The position numbers and the translations under genes were made by a program. A stretch of 64,000 nt of DNA from Fervidobacterium sp. (GTDB taxonomy: Bacteria; Thermotogota; Thermotogae; Thermotogales; Fervidobacteriaceae), in the NCBI GenBank assembly GCA_049970055.1, contig JBMFNR010000002.1:180406-244405 (forward strand). Direction: 5' to 3'. The notes beneath the pieces were generated by a model. It ran no database searches and was not told the origin of the DNA. It worked only from the letters and a program-made list of their open reading frames with translations. Shown piece by piece: positions 59,630 to 64,000 of the stretch; within the stretch, counting starts at the first letter, position 1; each line of letters starts with the position of its first letter.

Positions 59630-60832
59630 ATGGCAAAGGAAAAATTTGTAAGAACCAAACCTCACATGAACGTCGGTACGATCGGGCACATTGACCATGG
59701 AAAGACAACACTTACAGCTGCTATTACAAAGTACTGTTCACTCTTTGGATGGGCAGACTACACACCATACGAAATGATCGACAAGGCACCAGAAGAAAGA
59801 GCAAGAGGTATCACCATCAACATTACACACGTTGAGTACCAAACAGAAAAGAGACACTACGCACACATTGACTGTCCAGGACACGCTGACTACATCAAAA
59901 ACATGATCACTGGTGCAGCTCAGATGGATGGTGCAATTCTTGTCGTTGCAGCAACAGATGGCCCAATGCCACAGACACGAGAGCACGTTCTTCTTGCAAG
60001 ACAAGTTAACGTTCCTGCAATGATTGTTTACATCAACAAAGTTGATATGGTTGACGACCCTGAACTTGTTGATCTTGTTGAAATGGAAGTTAGAGACTTG
60101 CTCAGCAAATACGAATTTCCTGGTGACGAAGTTCCAGTAATCAGAGGTTCCGCTCTTAAAGCAGTTGAAGCACCAAACGATCCAAACCATCCAGATCTTC
60201 AATCAATAAAGGAACTTCTCGATGCAATGGATAATTACTTCCCAGAACCAGTTCGTGAAGTAGATAAACCATTCCTTATGCCAATAGAAGACGTATTCAC
60301 AATCACGGGAAGAGGTACAGTTGTTACAGGAAGAATCGAACGTGGCGTTATTAAACCAGGTGTTGAAGCAGAAATCATTGGTATGAGCTATGAGACAAGA
60401 AAAACAGTTATAACAAGCGTTGAAATGTTCAGAAAAGAACTTGACGAAGCAATGGCTGGAGACAACGTTGGATGTCTGTTGAGAGGTATTGATAAAGACG
60501 AAGTTGAAAGAGGACAAGTTATCGCAAAGCCAGGTTCAATCACACCACACAAGAAGTTCAAAGCGAACATCTACGTCTTGAAAAAAGAAGAAGGTGGACG
60601 TCATACACCATTCACAAAAGGATACAAGCCACAGTTCTACATTAGAACAGCTGATGTAACAGGTGAAATTGTTGACCTTCCAGCAGGTGTCGAAATGGTT
60701 ATGCCTGGTGATAACGTCGAAATGACAATAGAACTCATCTATCCAGTAGCTATCGAAAAAGGTATGAGATTTGCTGTTCGTGAAGGTGGAAGAACAGTTG
60801 GTGCAGGAGTTGTCTCAGAAATAATTGAGTAA
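59630..60832 (+). CDS. tuf: Elongation factor Tu
   Basis: [26 protein letters not shown]. Confidence 0.99.
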   Translation: MAKEKFVRTKPHMNVGTIGHIDHGKTTLTAAITKYCSLFGWADYTPYEMIDKAPEERARGITINITHVEYQTEKRHYAHIDCPGHADYIKNMITGAAQMDGAILVVAATDGPMPQTREHVLLARQVNVPAMIVYINKVDMVDDPELVDLVEMEVRDLLSKYEFPGDEVPVIRGSALKAVEAPNDPNHPDLQSIKELLDAMDNYFPEPVREVDKPFLMPIEDVFTITGRGTVVTGRIERGVIKPGVEAEIIGMSYETRKTVITSVEMFRKELDEAMAGDNVGCLLRGIDKDEVERGQVIAKPGSITPHKKFKANIYVLKKEEGGRHTPFTKGYKPQFYIRTADVTGEIVDLPAGVEMVMPGDNVEMTIELIYPVAIEKGMRFAVREGGRTVGAGVVSEIIE

Positions 60833-60910
60833 TAGTTACTACCTATCAAAAATAGTGATATCGATGTAATTGGGGGGGATCCCCCCCTTTTCTGAGAAGG
60901 AGGGTAAGAC

Positions 60911-61219
60911 ATGCCAGGGCAAAAAATTAGAATCAGATTGAGAGCATATGACCATAGATTGCTCGACGAATCTGCCAAAAAAATTGTCGAAGTTGCAAGG
61001 CAAACAAATGCTAAGGTTTCGGGTCCTATACCACTGCCAACAGAAAGAACACTTTATGTAGTATTAAGGTCACCGCTTAAACACAAAGACTCACGTGAAC
61101 AATTTGAAAAGAAGGTACACAAAAGGCTCATCGATATAATAGAACCGAACTCAAAAACGATTGACGCTCTGATGAAGATTAATCTTCCAGCAGGTGTCGA
61201 CGTTGAAATCAATCTGTGA
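60911..61219 (+). CDS. rpsJ: 30S ribosomal protein S10
   Basis: [23 protein letters not shown]. Confidence 0.99.
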   Translation: MPGQKIRIRLRAYDHRLLDESAKKIVEVARQTNAKVSGPIPLPTERTLYVVLRSPLKHKDSREQFEKKVHKRLIDIIEPNSKTIDALMKINLPAGVDVEINL

Positions 61220-61239
61220 GTCCTTGGAGGTGTTTTGAG

Positions 61240-61863
61240 ATGAAGTTTATAATTGCAAGAAAAGTAGGAATGACCAGACTGTGGAAAGACGATAAGGTTA
61301 TTCCAGTCACAGTTCTCAAAGCCGGTCCTTGTGTTGTTGTTCAGAAGAAAACGGTTGAAAAAGATGGGTACAATGCAGTACAAGTCGGTTTTGAAGAAAT
61401 AAGTGAAAAGAAGCTTACGAAACCAATGCTTGGTGTTTTCAAAAAGGCAAATGTTAGACCAATGAGAGTTTTGAAAGAATTTAGAGTCGAAAATGTTGAT
61501 GAGTATTCCGTTGGACAAGAAATAACAGTTGCAATTTTCCAAGAAGGCGATAAAATAGACATTACAGGTTGGTCAAAAGGTAGAGGTTATTCTGGTGCAA
61601 TGAAAAGATGGAATTTCCAAGGTGGACCAAAGGCGCACGGTGCAAAATTCCACAGGGAACTTGGTTCAGTTGGTCAACACACTGAACCGGCGAGGATATT
61701 CAAAGGTAAAAGAATGCCTGGAAGGTACGGTAATGAAAGGATAACAGTACTCAATTCAGAAGTAGTTAAAATTGATACAGAGAACAATCTCTTAGCGGTT
61801 AAAGGTGGAGTGCCAGGAGCAAGGGGCAGCCTTGTTCTGATAAGAAGCGCAGTTAAGCAATAA
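61240..61863 (+). CDS. rplC: 50S ribosomal protein L3
   Basis: KVGMT, SKGRG, GKRMPG, KGGVPG; ATG 61240 after GGAGGTG. Confidence 0.98.
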   Translation: MKFIIARKVGMTRLWKDDKVIPVTVLKAGPCVVVQKKTVEKDGYNAVQVGFEEISEKKLTKPMLGVFKKANVRPMRVLKEFRVENVDEYSVGQEITVAIFQEGDKIDITGWSKGRGYSGAMKRWNFQGGPKAHGAKFHRELGSVGQHTEPARIFKGKRMPGRYGNERITVLNSEVVKIDTENNLLAVKGGVPGARGSLVLIRSAVKQ

Positions 61864-61934
61864 TCGTTTTTTTACTTTTTAACTGCGCAGAGCAAGAGTG
61901 TGCTCCGAAAATGGAGTAAGGGAGGACGAAGAAT

Positions 61935-62606
61935 ATGGCACAAACAGTACTTTACAACATCAAGGGTGAGAAGATCGGAAACATCGAACTTAGTGATGAG
62001 ATTTTCAGTATCGAACCAAACCTTGACGTCATGTGGCGCTACATTGATATGCAACTGACAAATGCAAGATCAGGTACAGCATCCACAAAAACAAGAGGAG
62101 AAGTAGCTGGTGGAGGAAGAAAACCTTGGCCGCAAAAGCACACGGGTAGAGCAAGGCAAGGTTCTATAAGGGCAATTCACTGGAGACACGGTGGTGTTGC
62201 TCACGGTCCGAAACCAAGAAATTACTTGAAAAGGTTAAACAAAAAGATGAAGAGATTAGCTCTTAAATCGGCTCTTTCAGCGCGTTTCCAAGAAGGAAAT
62301 CTCATTGTTGTAAGCGACATACGATTTGAAAAAGCGCAAACAAAACAGATGAGAGAAGTTCTCAAAAATCTCGGAATCGCTGACGAAAAGGTGCTTTTTG
62401 TTCTTCCGAGAAAAGAAGAAGTGTACGAAAACGTTAAGCTTTCTGGAAGAAATATTCCCGGTGTAAAGGTTATAATTGCAGATAATCCGAACAATGGAAA
62501 TCCAGTTAATATCGATGGTTTGAATGTTTACGATATAATCAATGCTTCAAAGGTTGTCCTTACAGAGGGCACCGTTCGCAAAATTGAGGAGGTGCTCAGC
62601 AAATGA
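61935..62606 (+). CDS. rplD: 50S ribosomal protein L4
   Basis: [27 protein letters not shown]. Confidence 0.98.
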   Translation: MAQTVLYNIKGEKIGNIELSDEIFSIEPNLDVMWRYIDMQLTNARSGTASTKTRGEVAGGGRKPWPQKHTGRARQGSIRAIHWRHGGVAHGPKPRNYLKRLNKKMKRLALKSALSARFQEGNLIVVSDIRFEKAQTKQMREVLKNLGIADEKVLFVLPRKEEVYENVKLSGRNIPGVKVIIADNPNNGNPVNIDGLNVYDIINASKVVLTEGTVRKIEEVLSK

Positions 62607-62905
62607 GAAAAGAATATTCAGACATCATCATCAGACCTATAATAAGCGAAAAATCGATGATGCTTAGAGCAAACCGTGAATATGTATTTGAGGTCAATAA
62701 GAATGCAAATAAGGAACAAATAAAGGAAGCTGTTGAGAAACTCTTTAACGTAAAAGTTGAAAGAGTCAACACTTTAATTGTTAAGCCGAAACCAAAGAGA
62801 GACCTCAGAAGAGGTTACATGGCAAGAGAAGGTTACACAAAAGAATGGAAAAAAGCCATAGTCAAATTAGTAGAAGGCTATGTAATTAAAGAACTCCAAG
62901 CATAA
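62603..62905 (+). CDS. rplW: 50S ribosomal protein L23
   Basis: [26 protein letters not shown]. Confidence 0.97.
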   Translation: MRKEYSDIIIRPIISEKSMMLRANREYVFEVNKNANKEQIKEAVEKLFNVKVERVNTLIVKPKPKRDLRRGYMAREGYTKEWKKAIVKLVEGYVIKELQA

Positions 62906-62918
62906 GGGGTGAAAAACA

Positions 62919-63746
62919 ATGGGTCTTAAAAGATTTAAGCCAACAACTCCAGGTAGAAGATTTATGATAATTCCTGACTTTTCGGAAATAACAAAGGCAG
63001 AGCCCGAAAAGTCTCTTGTTGTTCCATTGAAGAAGACAGCGGGAAGAAACCACCACGGTAGAATCACAGTAAGGTTCAGAGGTGGCGGGCATAAGAGACT
63101 TTACAGGATAGTTGACTTTAGAAGATGGGAAAAGGAAAACATTCCAGCAAAAGTTGTTTCGATTGAGTACGATCCAAATAGAACCGCGAGAATAGCCCTT
63201 CTCGTTTACGCAGATGGTGAAAAACGATACATATTGGCACCAAATGGGCTCAGCGTTGGGGATACTGTAATGTCCGGTCCAGAAGCGGAAATCAAGCCTG
63301 GAAATGCGCTTCCACTTGAGAATATACCAATTGGTACAATCGTGCACAATGTTGAATATTTACCGCGCGGTGGTGCAAAAATTGCAAGAAGTGCAGGTGT
63401 AGCATGCCAACTTATGGCAAAAGAGGGGAACTACGCACTTCTCAGGATGCCATCAGGTGAATTAAGAAAGGTACACGTAAAGTGCTACGCAACGGTTGGT
63501 ATAGTTGGAAATGAAGACCACAAAAATGAAGTTTCCGGTAAAGCTGGTAGGGAAAGATGGAAGGGTAGAAAACCACACGTACGTGGTGTCGTTATGAATC
63601 CTGTTGATCACCCACATGGTGGTGGTGAAGGAAGAGGTAAAGGTCACCATCCACAAAGCCCATGGGGTGTACCAGCTAAAGGATACAAGACAAGGAGAGG
63701 TAAGAGAGCAAGCGATAAATTCATAGTTAGAAGAAGAAACGGTTAA
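62919..63746 (+). CDS. rplB: 50S ribosomal protein L2
   Basis: [25 protein letters not shown]. Confidence 0.99.
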   Translation: MGLKRFKPTTPGRRFMIIPDFSEITKAEPEKSLVVPLKKTAGRNHHGRITVRFRGGGHKRLYRIVDFRRWEKENIPAKVVSIEYDPNRTARIALLVYADGEKRYILAPNGLSVGDTVMSGPEAEIKPGNALPLENIPIGTIVHNVEYLPRGGAKIARSAGVACQLMAKEGNYALLRMPSGELRKVHVKCYATVGIVGNEDHKNEVSGKAGRERWKGRKPHVRGVVMNPVDHPHGGGEGRGKGHHPQSPWGVPAKGYKTRRGKRASDKFIVRRRNG

Positions 63747-63762
63747 TCAGGAGGTGTAATGA

Positions 63763-64000
63763 ATGAGCCGTTCAAGTAAAAAAGGACCTTTTGTTGATCC
63801 TAAATTAATCAAAAAGATTAGAATGCTCAACGAAACGGGCGAGAAGAAAATAATTAAAACATGGAGCAGAGCAAGCACAATTGTTCCAGAGATGGTTGGG
63901 CACACTATAGCAGTTTACAATGGAATGAAGCACATACCCGTTTACATAACAGAAAATATGGTTGGCCACAAGCTCGGAGAATTTTCATTTACGAGAAGAT
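63763..64000 (+). CDS. rpsS: 30S ribosomal protein S19 (3'-truncated by window)
   Basis: [35 protein letters not shown]; absent from the ORF track because it runs off the end. Confidence 0.97.

Overview
AT-rich chromosomal window from a Thermotogota bacterium, most likely Fervidobacterium-like (inferred from ThyX, the Thermotoga-type maltosyltransferase, EF-Tu features and gene order). Most of it is housekeeping or metabolic: the 3' part of secA, a methylmalonyl-CoA cluster (mce, mmdA/D/C, meaB, B12-binding subunit), speD-speE, rsmI/rsmD, rnhB-thyX-folD-yajC-secDF, a membrane pyrophosphatase with a divergent PfkA, copA/copZ, a diguanylate cyclase, an Opp-family ABC operon, alpha-glucan enzymes, a frameshifted ldh, an Fe-ADH with two Rex-like boxes, three tRNAs and the str/S10 operons. 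The most interesting region is 5.7-15.3 kb, an apparently undescribed envelope/fibre-assembly locus. It has three paralogous small secreted beta-rich proteins that all end in F-x-F-L-P-F (one split by a 1-nt frameshift), a DUF916/PapD-like multi-Ig chaperone candidate, a minimal secretin, a secretin-N/beta-barrel hybrid and two SARP/BTAD-type regulators. Other points: a probable ATT start codon, a FolD lacking cyclohydrolase residues, a collapsed GH130/sugar-ABC remnant and an encapsulin-type ferritin with no targeting tail. All family assignments come from reading motifs by eye; no database searches were run.
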